Virus record (IMG/VR): IMGVR_UViG_3300043473_000069 | Location: 1-64,000 of that record | Direction: 5' to 3' (one strand) | DNA from: a virus | Taxonomy: Duplodnaviria > Caudoviricetes | Length of the DNA stretch: 64,000 bases | Shown here: piece by piece, positions 54,891 to 63,217 of the stretch | Layout: every line of letters starts with the position of its first letter | Position numbering within the stretch: the first letter of the stretch is position 1 | The notes under the pieces: model-generated | What the model saw: only the letters and a program-made list of their open reading frames with translations | Database searches by the model: none | Told to the model about the DNA's origin: nothing | Made by a program: the position numbers and the translations under genes

Positions 54891-56287
54891 CCGCTGTCTT
54901 CTCCAACTTCTTCCGCACGCAGTTGGCGACCACGCCGACGCTCATGGACACGGCCAAGATCACGATGCTGTTCTTCAGAGAGGCCCCTGACTTCAGCGGC
55001 AACGATCCTCGATACGCCGGTTTCGATGAAGCCGAGGACCTGTTCAACCAGTCGGGTTGGGTCCCCGCTGCTGGCACCGGCCTGCCCCTCCCGTCACCGG
55101 CCAACGACCTCACCGTCAGCGTGCGCCCGCAGGGTGTGAACCGCTACGTGATGTGGTCGCAGTACCTCCTGCCTGCCAACGTCTCGCCGGTCGAGGTGAA
55201 GGCGGTGGCCTTCGTCTACAAGGGCACCGTCGCTGGCGTCTCGGACCCGGTGATCTTCATCTCCAACACGCCGTTCGGTGATCGTGAGGTGGTCAAGGGC
55301 AACGATGGCATCACGTCGGCGCCGGACCCCACGCTCACCGGCTCCAACCGGTGGCTGTTCTCGTGGGCCATCCCAGCCGGTGGTGTCACGCAGGTGACGG
55401 CGATCGAGGGCTCGCTGGCCCTCACCAAGAGCCCGCCGTCTTTCGAGACGAGCCACACTCAGCACGTCTGGCTGTACCCGCAGCGGGCCAACATGATCGC
55501 CAACCCCAGCTTCGAAGCGCCCGGCACCAACTTCTGGTCCTGTAACGGCAGTATCACACGAGTCGCTGAACCGGCTCCTCTGGGCGACGGTCGTCAGAGT
55601 GGCGGCGCCTGGGCAGGGCGGTTCACCGGCACGTCCCCGCTCATCCTGGAGTCCAACGTCTTCCCGACCCAGCGGGAGGAGTACTGGACGGTGCAGTTCA
55701 TGGCGAAGGGTGCAGGCACCGTCAAGGTGGGGCTCGTGTGGTGGGACGACGACTACGCCGAGACGGCGGTGGACTGGGGCACCGAGACGTGGACGCTCAA
55801 CACCGCCAGCTACATCCACGTCGTCATCTGCCGCACGCTGTACCAGACCTACCAGGCGATGCTCCGCATCGAGGTCCAGGGCACCTCCATCACGCTCGAT
55901 CGTGTGCTCGTGGAGCGGGGCTTCCTCAAGGACTGGCCGTACTTCGACGGTGGCACCACCTACGGCGCCCGTGATGACTTCTCCTGGTACGGCGGTGCCG
56001 CTCGCCAGGGTGCGACGTACTCCCTCTGGTACAACAACAAGCGGGCCACCTACGGTCGGCTGTTCCAGCGGGACGTGGCTGACAACGTGCTGCTCACCGA
56101 CGAGGTGGAGGCGGCGCAGGGCAAGGTCTACCAGTGGGTGCCCGCCGGGACCATCGTGGTGCCGCACATCGACGTGCTCTACCCCAACGACCTGCAGGCC
56201 CCGGTGATCCCCAAGACGCCCGGCGTGGTCATCCCCTACCGCAGCAACATCTCGGACGCTGACAAGGTACGGAACCCTTGGGTGTAG
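54887..56287 (+). CDS. Baseplate/tail protein with CBM-like jelly-roll
   Basis: R.N.I.NPSFE..W..YFDG motifs. Confidence 0.7.
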   Translation: MTAVFSNFFRTQLATTPTLMDTAKITMLFFREAPDFSGNDPRYAGFDEAEDLFNQSGWVPAAGTGLPLPSPANDLTVSVRPQGVNRYVMWSQYLLPANVSPVEVKAVAFVYKGTVAGVSDPVIFISNTPFGDREVVKGNDGITSAPDPTLTGSNRWLFSWAIPAGGVTQVTAIEGSLALTKSPPSFETSHTQHVWLYPQRANMIANPSFEAPGTNFWSCNGSITRVAEPAPLGDGRQSGGAWAGRFTGTSPLILESNVFPTQREEYWTVQFMAKGAGTVKVGLVWWDDDYAETAVDWGTETWTLNTASYIHVVICRTLYQTYQAMLRIEVQGTSITLDRVLVERGFLKDWPYFDGGTTYGARDDFSWYGGAARQGATYSLWYNNKRATYGRLFQRDVADNVLLTDEVEAAQGKVYQWVPAGTIVVPHIDVLYPNDLQAPVIPKTPGVVIPYRSNISDADKVRNPWV

Positions 56288-56300
56288 CCTCGCCCCCTTC

Positions 56301-56564
56301 ATGGTGGAGCAGGTCGTCGTCGTCTTCGGTGTGTGGGCTCTGTGGAGCCTCATCGCTGCGTTCTGGGAGGCCTCACCGTGGGTGTGGATCGTCGTCCCGC
56401 TGGCCCTGGGGGTCGTTGGACAGGTCCTGATCGACTACGACAGGTGGTGGCTGGGGATCGGCCTCGGAGGCGCAGCACTCTTCCTCATGCGACTAGCAGA
56501 CCTGTTGCTGGTAACTACCGACTGGATTAGGGTCCTCGTGCTGCGGGCGCAGAGAACGAGATAG
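56301..56564 (+). CDS. Small multi-pass membrane protein (holin candidate)
   Basis: Three hydrophobic segments and a basic C-terminus. Confidence 0.55.
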   Translation: MVEQVVVVFGVWALWSLIAAFWEASPWVWIVVPLALGVVGQVLIDYDRWWLGIGLGGAALFLMRLADLLLVTTDWIRVLVLRAQRTR

Positions 56565-56575
56565 GAGAACCCATC

Positions 56576-57454
56576 GTGGCAATGCATGTGGTACTCGGTG
56601 ACGGGGAGATGACCCGCAAGGAACTCACCGAGACGTTGAAGGACCTGTGGGACAAGGCGGGCGACGAGGCCTTCTGGTTCGTCCTGCTCGGCAAGAGCGA
56701 GCCCAGCGACACCGATCAAGCCCTGGTGTCGTGGCTGCACAAGAACGAGATCTACTACGAGATCGTGACCGACGACGCCGACTCGGTGTCGGACGTCTAC
56801 TCCCAGGCGCAGGAGACGCACACCGCCAAGAGGCTGGCGCAGAAGATCGGGAACCTCCTGCAGACCAAGCCCGAGGACGATGAGGACGCCCTGATCCTGG
56901 CTCTCTTCGTGTCGGAGGATCCCTCGGCCGAAGAGGACCGGTGGCTCAACACCATCATCCGCTCGGCCATGGACGAGGGCTTCCGTGCTCTCGCCCTCAA
57001 CGACGGCCTCGTGGAGGTCCAGGTGGATGGCGGTGCTCCCGCCAAGGAAGAGGAAGCAGTGGCCGAGACGCCCAAGAAGACCCCGGCCAAGAAGGCTGCT
57101 GCCCGTCCGGCGGAGCCGGAGCCGGAGACGGAGCAGATGACCCTGCCCGGCACCGGGGGCTACACACGGGAGCAACTGGAAGACCTGGACATGGGGGCGC
57201 TCAAGGAGATCGCCGCCGGGATGGGCATCGAGTTGCCGCCCAGGACACGGATGAACACCTACATCGACCACATCCTGGGCGAGGTCAAGGGCGAGGCCCC
57301 GGCCGTCGAGGTGACGGAGCCGCCCGTGACGAAGGTGATCGAGCACGAGGTCCCGCTGTCCGGCTCGTCCGGCACCAACGGTGACCTGCCCCCGGTCGAT
57401 GAGATCGTGGAGCAGGTCCTGGATCGACTGGCGAAGCTCCTCCAGGAGCGGTAG
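56576..57454 (+). CDS. Rossmann-like N-domain plus Rho-N/HEH-like domain protein
   Basis: AGGAG RBS; YTREQLEDLDMGALKEIAAGMGI..R...YIDHIL. Confidence 0.65.
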   Translation: MAMHVVLGDGEMTRKELTETLKDLWDKAGDEAFWFVLLGKSEPSDTDQALVSWLHKNEIYYEIVTDDADSVSDVYSQAQETHTAKRLAQKIGNLLQTKPEDDEDALILALFVSEDPSAEEDRWLNTIIRSAMDEGFRALALNDGLVEVQVDGGAPAKEEEAVAETPKKTPAKKAAARPAEPEPETEQMTLPGTGGYTREQLEDLDMGALKEIAAGMGIELPPRTRMNTYIDHILGEVKGEAPAVEVTEPPVTKVIEHEVPLSGSSGTNGDLPPVDEIVEQVLDRLAKLLQER

Positions 57455-57485
57455 GCGTCACCCACCACGCTGAGCCAGTACGGCC

Positions 57486-57521
57486 AACAGCCCCCTGCCC
57501 CTTCCGGCGGGGGGCTGTTTG
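57486..57521 (+). terminator. Intrinsic terminator
   Basis: AACAGCCCCCTGCC-CCTTCC-GGCGGGGGGCTGTT then TG. Confidence 0.7.
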
Positions 57522-57643
57522 CGTTCTCCGGAGGTTTCGGAATCGAAATCTCCAAGAAGGCATACCTCTGTATCACACGTAGACGGACCCCCCAAGGATC
57601 GTTGCGTCCTGTGGTGTCAATGTGACGTAGGTCACTGTCGCTT

Positions 57644-57670
57644 CTGTCAAAGATACGGTATCTTTGACAG
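57644..57670. promoter_or_regulatory. Operator palindrome (copy 3)
   Basis: CTGTCAAAGATAC-G-GTATCTTTGACAG, perfect 13-bp arms. Confidence 0.8.
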
Positions 57671-58797
57671 TGACACACAGCCGAGCAAGGATGGGCGACG
57701 TGGATCTCTCCGAACTGACCTCACAACTGAACCAGGGGTACGACGTCCCCGACGATGTCATGGAGTCGATCCTCAACCGGGACGTCCGGGCCATCGCCCT
57801 GATCGCCATCGGACTCGGCTGGCGGGTCGGCAAGGCCAAGGGGATCAACCTCACGGCCGAGGACGGCACTGCCGTACAGCTTCCGACCAACGCCGGGCTC
57901 AACTTCAAGGTCTTCCGCTCTCGCATCCGCACTGTCGTCCGCCACGGCGTGATCCGCACCCGTCTCCCCTTCACCGAATGGGTCGAGCAGTGCATCGTGA
58001 TCACCAAGCTGGAGCACTCGCACGCCAACCTCGTGCGGGAGGCAGTCGCTGCCATCACGTCGGAGCAGCACTGGCAGAACGTCGGCGGCGGTGTCCTGGA
58101 GAAGGACGACATCGTGGTCACCCACGGGAAGCCGACTCGGTCAGAAGCGAATCGGCCAGATGTGGCCGATTCCCCTGCCCCTGACCACATCACTCGGGAA
58201 GAGCCGTGGAGCGCCCATGGTCGGGTCCGCTCCGGTGGTTCCGAGACGTACCCCAGCGACGCCGTGATGGAGCGGGTGTGGAGCAGCGGCAAGCACGACT
58301 ACATCTGCCGCTGGCCCGACTGCGACTACGTCAGCGACATCCCCCGCTCGACGGCTGCCCACTACGGGTCGCACGTCCGGGGTCAGGGCAAGGCGCCGCA
58401 GCCCGAGGCCGATGGCATCGACCCGGCGTGGGCGCCCCGCCAGACTGCTCGTATCACACGGTTGCGCCGTGAACTTGACGGAGCCCTGCTCGCCGCCCTC
58501 GCTGCTGGGCTGGACCTGCGGACCCCGGAGTTCTCCCACTTCCTGGCGCAGTGGATCATCGACCACCGCATCGAGTCAGCCGGTGGCGATGTCGATGGCG
58601 GCGAGGACGAGGGACCTCTGTCCACGGAGCAGATCCTGGACAAGATCTCCGCTCTGGCCGACCGTGGCCGCTCCAAGATCCTGCGTGAGCAGTTGGACAC
58701 CCTGAACGCCCTCCTGGACGAGAGTGAGGGAGCCCGCCGCAAAGCCGAGGGGAACCTCCATGCTCTCCGGGACCTACTGAACGAGGAAGAGAACTGA
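57670..58797 (+). CDS. C2H2 zinc-finger protein with coiled-coil C-terminus (start 57670 or 57691)
   Basis: YICRWPDCDYVSDIPRSTAAHYGSH = C-x4-C-x12-H-x3-H. Confidence 0.7.
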   Translation: MTHSRARMGDVDLSELTSQLNQGYDVPDDVMESILNRDVRAIALIAIGLGWRVGKAKGINLTAEDGTAVQLPTNAGLNFKVFRSRIRTVVRHGVIRTRLPFTEWVEQCIVITKLEHSHANLVREAVAAITSEQHWQNVGGGVLEKDDIVVTHGKPTRSEANRPDVADSPAPDHITREEPWSAHGRVRSGGSETYPSDAVMERVWSSGKHDYICRWPDCDYVSDIPRSTAAHYGSHVRGQGKAPQPEADGIDPAWAPRQTARITRLRRELDGALLAALAAGLDLRTPEFSHFLAQWIIDHRIESAGGDVDGGEDEGPLSTEQILDKISALADRGRSKILREQLDTLNALLDESEGARRKAEGNLHALRDLLNEEEN

Positions 58798-58952
58798 TGG
58801 CGAAGATCCGACTTGTCCTGAGCATCGACTGCGAGAACGAGCAGATGGCGACCAAGGTGCAGGACCAGTACCTGCCCAACCTCAACGACCTGCTGCAGGT
58901 CGATGGCATCTTCGCCGTCAAGGCCGAGTGGCTGGCCGAACGTGAGCAATGA
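58797..58952 (+). CDS. Small hypothetical protein (51 aa)
   Basis: TGATG coupling; coding bias. Confidence 0.55.
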   Translation: MAKIRLVLSIDCENEQMATKVQDQYLPNLNDLLQVDGIFAVKAEWLAEREQ

Positions 58953-59328
58953 CGTCCGGGCCAAGCCCTGCCTGGCCTGCCCCTACCGCATCGACGTGCC
59001 CTCCGGGGTGTGGTCGTGGTCCGAGTACGAGAAGCTGCGGCCCTACGACAACCCCACAGGGGAGCAGCCGTTCGAACCGTTCGCCTGCCACGCCGGATCC
59101 GACCAGTTGTGCAACGGCTGGGCTGTGTGTCACACGACGAGGGGCAACGAGCACGACCTTCTGTCGTTGCGCCTGATCGGATACCCCGATATCCCCGTCA
59201 GCAAGATCCCCCTCCACCCGTCCGGCAACGACGCCGCTGACTTCGGCCAGCAGGACATCGAAGAGCCGACCGACGAGGCCAAGGCCGTCGTGGACAAGCT
59301 CATGCAGCGTCACGAACGGCTGCGATGA
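58942..59328 (+). CDS. DUF6283-type protein
   Basis: PC..CPYR.DVPSGVW...EYEKL..YD..F.CH..C.GW. Confidence 0.75.
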   Translation: MSNDVRAKPCLACPYRIDVPSGVWSWSEYEKLRPYDNPTGEQPFEPFACHAGSDQLCNGWAVCHTTRGNEHDLLSLRLIGYPDIPVSKIPLHPSGNDAADFGQQDIEEPTDEAKAVVDKLMQRHERLR

Positions 59329-59411
59329 AGACCGACTACTACCGGCTGACGCTGCTGGCCCTGCTCTTCGGCCTCCTGGCCGTTGCCTTCGTCATGGTCC
59401 TAGCGTTGTGA
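59325..59411 (+). CDS. Membrane microprotein (28 aa)
   Basis: ATGA and GTGA overlaps; one hydrophobic helix. Confidence 0.5.
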   Translation: MKTDYYRLTLLALLFGLLAVAFVMVLAL

Positions 59412-59626
59412 CGGTGTCCTACTTCCAAGACGACGAGCACGCACTGCACACAGGGATGTTCATCGGCTCGCTGATGAAGGCCGGATTCCAGGTCATCGTG
59501 GAGATGGACGCCGAGCAGAACTACACCAACCTGATGACGATCGTCTTCCCCGGCGATCGCTTCGTGGACGAGTTCTCCCTGCATATTGCGGTGATGCCGG
59601 GTCCAGCGGAGCCGCCTCCGGCCTGA
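59408..59626 (+). CDS. Hypothetical protein
   Basis: Coupled start; coding bias. Confidence 0.6.
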   Translation: MTVSYFQDDEHALHTGMFIGSLMKAGFQVIVEMDAEQNYTNLMTIVFPGDRFVDEFSLHIAVMPGPAEPPPA

Positions 59627-59830
59627 CCTTCGTGTGATACAGGCGTATGCCTGGAGAGTTGCTGGCAACAATTTCGCTCTTCGTCTTGCTTCGCTCTTAC
59701 CCATCGTCTACGGTGTCCCCCGTGCCGGGCGGCACAGAGAGGGAGGGAGGCGGGACGTGAACAACACTCTCGGCGGACCTCTGTTCTGCGATGCCTGGTA
59801 CTTCCAATCCAACCCATAGGGAGTAGCTAC

Positions 59831-60889
59831 ATGCATCGCAGGAACACGAAGCGGGTCGCCGCAGTGCTGGCGGTGGCTGGCTTCGGCCTCGCCACCGCAC
59901 ACGGCGCCAACGCCGCAGACGCAGTCGCCCAGTCGCAGGGCCACCACGACGAGGAGGTGGCGCCGACCGAGTCGAGCGTCGATGACCTCGTCGTCCAGGA
60001 TGCCGACGTCAGCGTGGAGGTCGATCAGTACGACCACGCCAACTCGGGCGACAACGTGGCGTTCAACTGGACGGACCAGTACAACGACTCGTGGCAGCAC
60101 TCGGACTCGGATGCCAACGGCGGCGACAGCTACGCCGACGCCTTCGACTTCGACTTCGATGAGGCTGCCGATGCGTCGGCGGCGGGTTCCCCGGCTGCGG
60201 CCGAGGCCACCGCCACGGCCGACTCGACCGGCGGCGACGCCGGGACGGCCGACTCGTCCAACGGCAACGAGGGCACCAACGACGCCACGGTGGACAACAC
60301 CATCTCGGCGGGCGCTGCTTCGGCCACGAACACCATCACCGGTGGCGTGACCCAGACCCAGGACAACACGTCGGCCAACACGGCGACGGCGACCGGCGGA
60401 GCGGCCACGTCGGCCTCCTCGGCCGGTGGCGCCACGGCTGCGTCCAGCACCCCGACCCCGGCCTCGGCCGAGGTCGAGGCGACGGTCATCCAGAAGGCCA
60501 GCACCGACATCTACGTCAGCCAGGGCGCCAGCGCCAACAGCGGTGGCAACGTGGCGGTCAACGTCACGTCCCAGGGCAACTCGTCGGGCCAGGGCTCCAG
60601 CAGCGATGCCAACGGCGGCAACTCGTCCGCCGAGGCCTCGACGCCGGAGGCCAGCACGGCCAGCACGGGCGCCTCGTCGGCGTCCGCCTCGGGTGAGGCC
60701 ACGTCGGCCGGTGGTGCGGGTGGCGAGTCCACCAGCGCCAACACCAACGTGGGCGCCAACACGGCGGCGGCGACCAACAGCATCACGACGGGTGCGGCCA
60801 CGGCCAGCAACTCGGCGTCGTTCACGGTCAGCCAGAGCCAGACCAACAGCAGCACCAACACGGCGGAGGCCACGGCCGACGGCGGCTGA
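59831..60889 (+). CDS. Secreted Ala/Ser/Thr/Asn-rich repeat protein (beta-solenoid or amyloid-like candidate)
   Basis: AGGGAG RBS; Sec signal peptide ending ANA; two long internal repeats containing ANSG.N and N/Q ladders. Confidence 0.75.
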   Translation: MHRRNTKRVAAVLAVAGFGLATAHGANAADAVAQSQGHHDEEVAPTESSVDDLVVQDADVSVEVDQYDHANSGDNVAFNWTDQYNDSWQHSDSDANGGDSYADAFDFDFDEAADASAAGSPAAAEATATADSTGGDAGTADSSNGNEGTNDATVDNTISAGAASATNTITGGVTQTQDNTSANTATATGGAATSASSAGGATAASSTPTPASAEVEATVIQKASTDIYVSQGASANSGGNVAVNVTSQGNSSGQGSSSDANGGNSSAEASTPEASTASTGASSASASGEATSAGGAGGESTSANTNVGANTAAATNSITTGAATASNSASFTVSQSQTNSSTNTAEATADGG

Positions 60890-60908
60890 TCTCTCTCCAC
60901 TGTGAGGT

Positions 60909-60942
60909 GACAGGGGCGGGGGCTTCGGCCCCCGCCCCGTCT
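60909..60942 (+). terminator. Intercistronic cUUCGg hairpin (stabiliser or partial terminator)
   Basis: GGGGCGGGGGC-TTCG-GCCCCCGCCCC. Confidence 0.65.
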
Positions 60943-60963
60943 CTGTTGAAGGGCGGCTACGAC

Positions 60964-63063
60964 ATGTACAGGACCAAGACCATCGTGGGGGCGGCGCTCG
61001 TCGCCACGATCACGATGTTCACGACGACCGTGGCACGGGCCGAGGGTGAGGATCCGGCCCCCACGACCACGGTCGTAGAACAGGAGGAAGCTCCCACCAC
61101 GACGATGCAGATCGTCGTCCCCGTGGCTGATCCGGAGCCTCAGGCCGCTGAGCCTGAGCCCGCACCGGCCACCACCACGCCGACCACGGAGGACACCAAG
61201 CCCCCCGTGGTCGAGCCGGACCCCAACATGGAGCAGATGCCGGTCATCGTTGATGACTCGGCCACCCCGGCGACGGGGTCCATGGTGGAGGTCACGGCGC
61301 CGCCGACGACCAACGTCCAGCAGACGCATGATCAGGAGACGGTGATCACCGGGACCCAGGTGGCGCAGGCCACCACGGGGAACAACACGGCGATCAACGA
61401 CCAGGATCAGCCGAGCGGGGTTGCGGTCGGGGCTGGTACCTCCGTATCGACCGGCGAAGCCGATGCCATCGGCAGCCGGGACGAGAACACGGTGACCCAG
61501 ACGGCGGACGTGGTGCTGACCGGCGAGGCCGTCGCCAACCTGCTGCAGATCGCTCTGATCCTCAACATCGGAGCGGCCCTGGCGAACAGCGGGTCGAACG
61601 GCGTCCTCTCGACACCAGGAGGCTCCAGCAACCCTGGGGCCATCGGTAGCGGTGACGCCACGGCGATCGGCAACTCGATCGCCAGCTACATCACCCAGGC
61701 GGCGAACACGACGGCCGACAACGCCGTCGATGACTCCGCCTCGCAGTTGGCGATCAGCCTGTTCCTCGGGCTGGCGATCGCCAACAGTGGTACCAACTCG
61801 GTCCTCGGGAACGGCGTCGCCGGGTCCGGTGGCGGGATCGGTACGGGCGATGCGATGGCGATCGGGAACGACTCCATCACCGACATCACGCAGCGGGCCA
61901 TCCTGCTGGGTGCTGATCAGGCGACGCTGAACGTGCTGCAGCGGGCCACGGTGCTCAACCTCGGGTTCGCCCTCGCCAACAGTGGCCTCAACGACATCTC
62001 AGGTGTCGCTGGGAGCCTGCTGGCGGCGAGCGACGAAGAGGATGACCTCCTGGCCCAGCAGTTGTTCAGCATGCTCCTGCCAGCGCTCCTGCAGAGCTAC
62101 GGCTATGGCGCAGGGTCGGGCACCATCCAGAGCGGTGACGCCGCTGCCATCGGCAACCAGAGCGACACGCAGATCCTCCAGACGGCTGGGGCGATGGCGA
62201 CGGGGGACGGGATCGCTTCCATCCTCCAAGACGTCCTGGTGGCGAACGTGGGTGGCGCTGCGGCCAACTCAGGGCTCAACAGCCTCGGGTCGGCCAAGAC
62301 GCTGGACCCGCAGACGGCCACAGCGGTCGTCCAGATGGCTGCGTTCCTCGCCCAACTGCTGGCGATGGTGCACCACTCATCGAGCACGGCCACGCAACTG
62401 GCCGCTCAGACCCAGAGCATCCAGATCCCCTTCGGGGACCTGATCTTGACGCTCGACGGTCAGTTCGGTGCGATGGACACCTTCCTGCAGCAGGGTGAGG
62501 CGAGGGCCAACATCCGGCAGATCAGCATCATCGTCAGCCTCGGTGTGGCGCAGGCCAACAGCGGCCTCAACGCCGTGGCGACGATGTCGGACAGCAGGTT
62601 GCTGGCGGCGGTGAACGCCGTCCTCCCCGATGTCATCGGGTCGGGCGACGCCGACGCACGCAACCGGACCGTGGTCCAGATCTGTCAGCGGATCAACTCC
62701 ATCAGCGTGGAGTGCCTGGCCCCGCCGGTCGATGAGCCGGAGACACCGGTGACTCCTCCGACGCCAACGGGTGATACACCGGTTACGCCACCGTCTGACC
62801 CCGGTATCCTCCCGGACACAGGCGAGGCTCCCAACACGGTGATCATGCTCGATCCCGAGCCGATCCCGCAGGGGTTCCGGGCGCCGACTGCGGTGCCCAC
62901 GTCGGACTCGTCCACGCACGGACGGCAGGGGCTGCTGGCAGTCAGCGGCTCCAACGTCGGCAACATCCTCTGGGGTGCCAGCATGCTGGTCCTCCTGGGT
63001 GTGCTGCTGGCGTGCCTGGGCATCCGGCGCAGGCCGGTTGTCGGTACTCACTTCCGCAGCTAG
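60964..63063 (+). CDS. Cell-wall-anchored repeat protein with sortase-type sorting signal
   Basis: Signal peptide; repeated ANSG.N..I..GDA.AIGN..I.Q; Pro/Thr linker; LPDTG, then LAVSG, hydrophobic helix and RRR. Confidence 0.75.
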   Translation: MYRTKTIVGAALVATITMFTTTVARAEGEDPAPTTTVVEQEEAPTTTMQIVVPVADPEPQAAEPEPAPATTTPTTEDTKPPVVEPDPNMEQMPVIVDDSATPATGSMVEVTAPPTTNVQQTHDQETVITGTQVAQATTGNNTAINDQDQPSGVAVGAGTSVSTGEADAIGSRDENTVTQTADVVLTGEAVANLLQIALILNIGAALANSGSNGVLSTPGGSSNPGAIGSGDATAIGNSIASYITQAANTTADNAVDDSASQLAISLFLGLAIANSGTNSVLGNGVAGSGGGIGTGDAMAIGNDSITDITQRAILLGADQATLNVLQRATVLNLGFALANSGLNDISGVAGSLLAASDEEDDLLAQQLFSMLLPALLQSYGYGAGSGTIQSGDAAAIGNQSDTQILQTAGAMATGDGIASILQDVLVANVGGAAANSGLNSLGSAKTLDPQTATAVVQMAAFLAQLLAMVHHSSSTATQLAAQTQSIQIPFGDLILTLDGQFGAMDTFLQQGEARANIRQISIIVSLGVAQANSGLNAVATMSDSRLLAAVNAVLPDVIGSGDADARNRTVVQICQRINSISVECLAPPVDEPETPVTPPTPTGDTPVTPPSDPGILPDTGEAPNTVIMLDPEPIPQGFRAPTAVPTSDSSTHGRQGLLAVSGSNVGNILWGASMLVLLGVLLACLGIRRRPVVGTHFRS

Positions 63064-63087
63064 AGTTGCTAGCAAGCGGGAACCCAA

Positions 63088-63123
63088 AGAGGCCCACTCC
63101 CAATCGGGGGTGGGCCTCTTTCG
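63088..63123 (+). terminator. Intrinsic terminator
   Basis: AAGAGGCCCACTCC-loop-GGGGTGGGCCTCTT then TC. Confidence 0.75.
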
Positions 63124-63217
63124 TGTCCGGGGGTATGTGCGGTACCGTGCCCGGACAAGCAGAGAGGCCGGGATGTTCACGGCCCGGCCTCTCCAAGATC
63201 CCGAAGGACCCAACTCG

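Noticed and set aside
41731-56287. Stand-alone eCIS or tailocin
   Set aside because: Terminase, portal, scaffold and capsid genes are present, so this is a phage tail.
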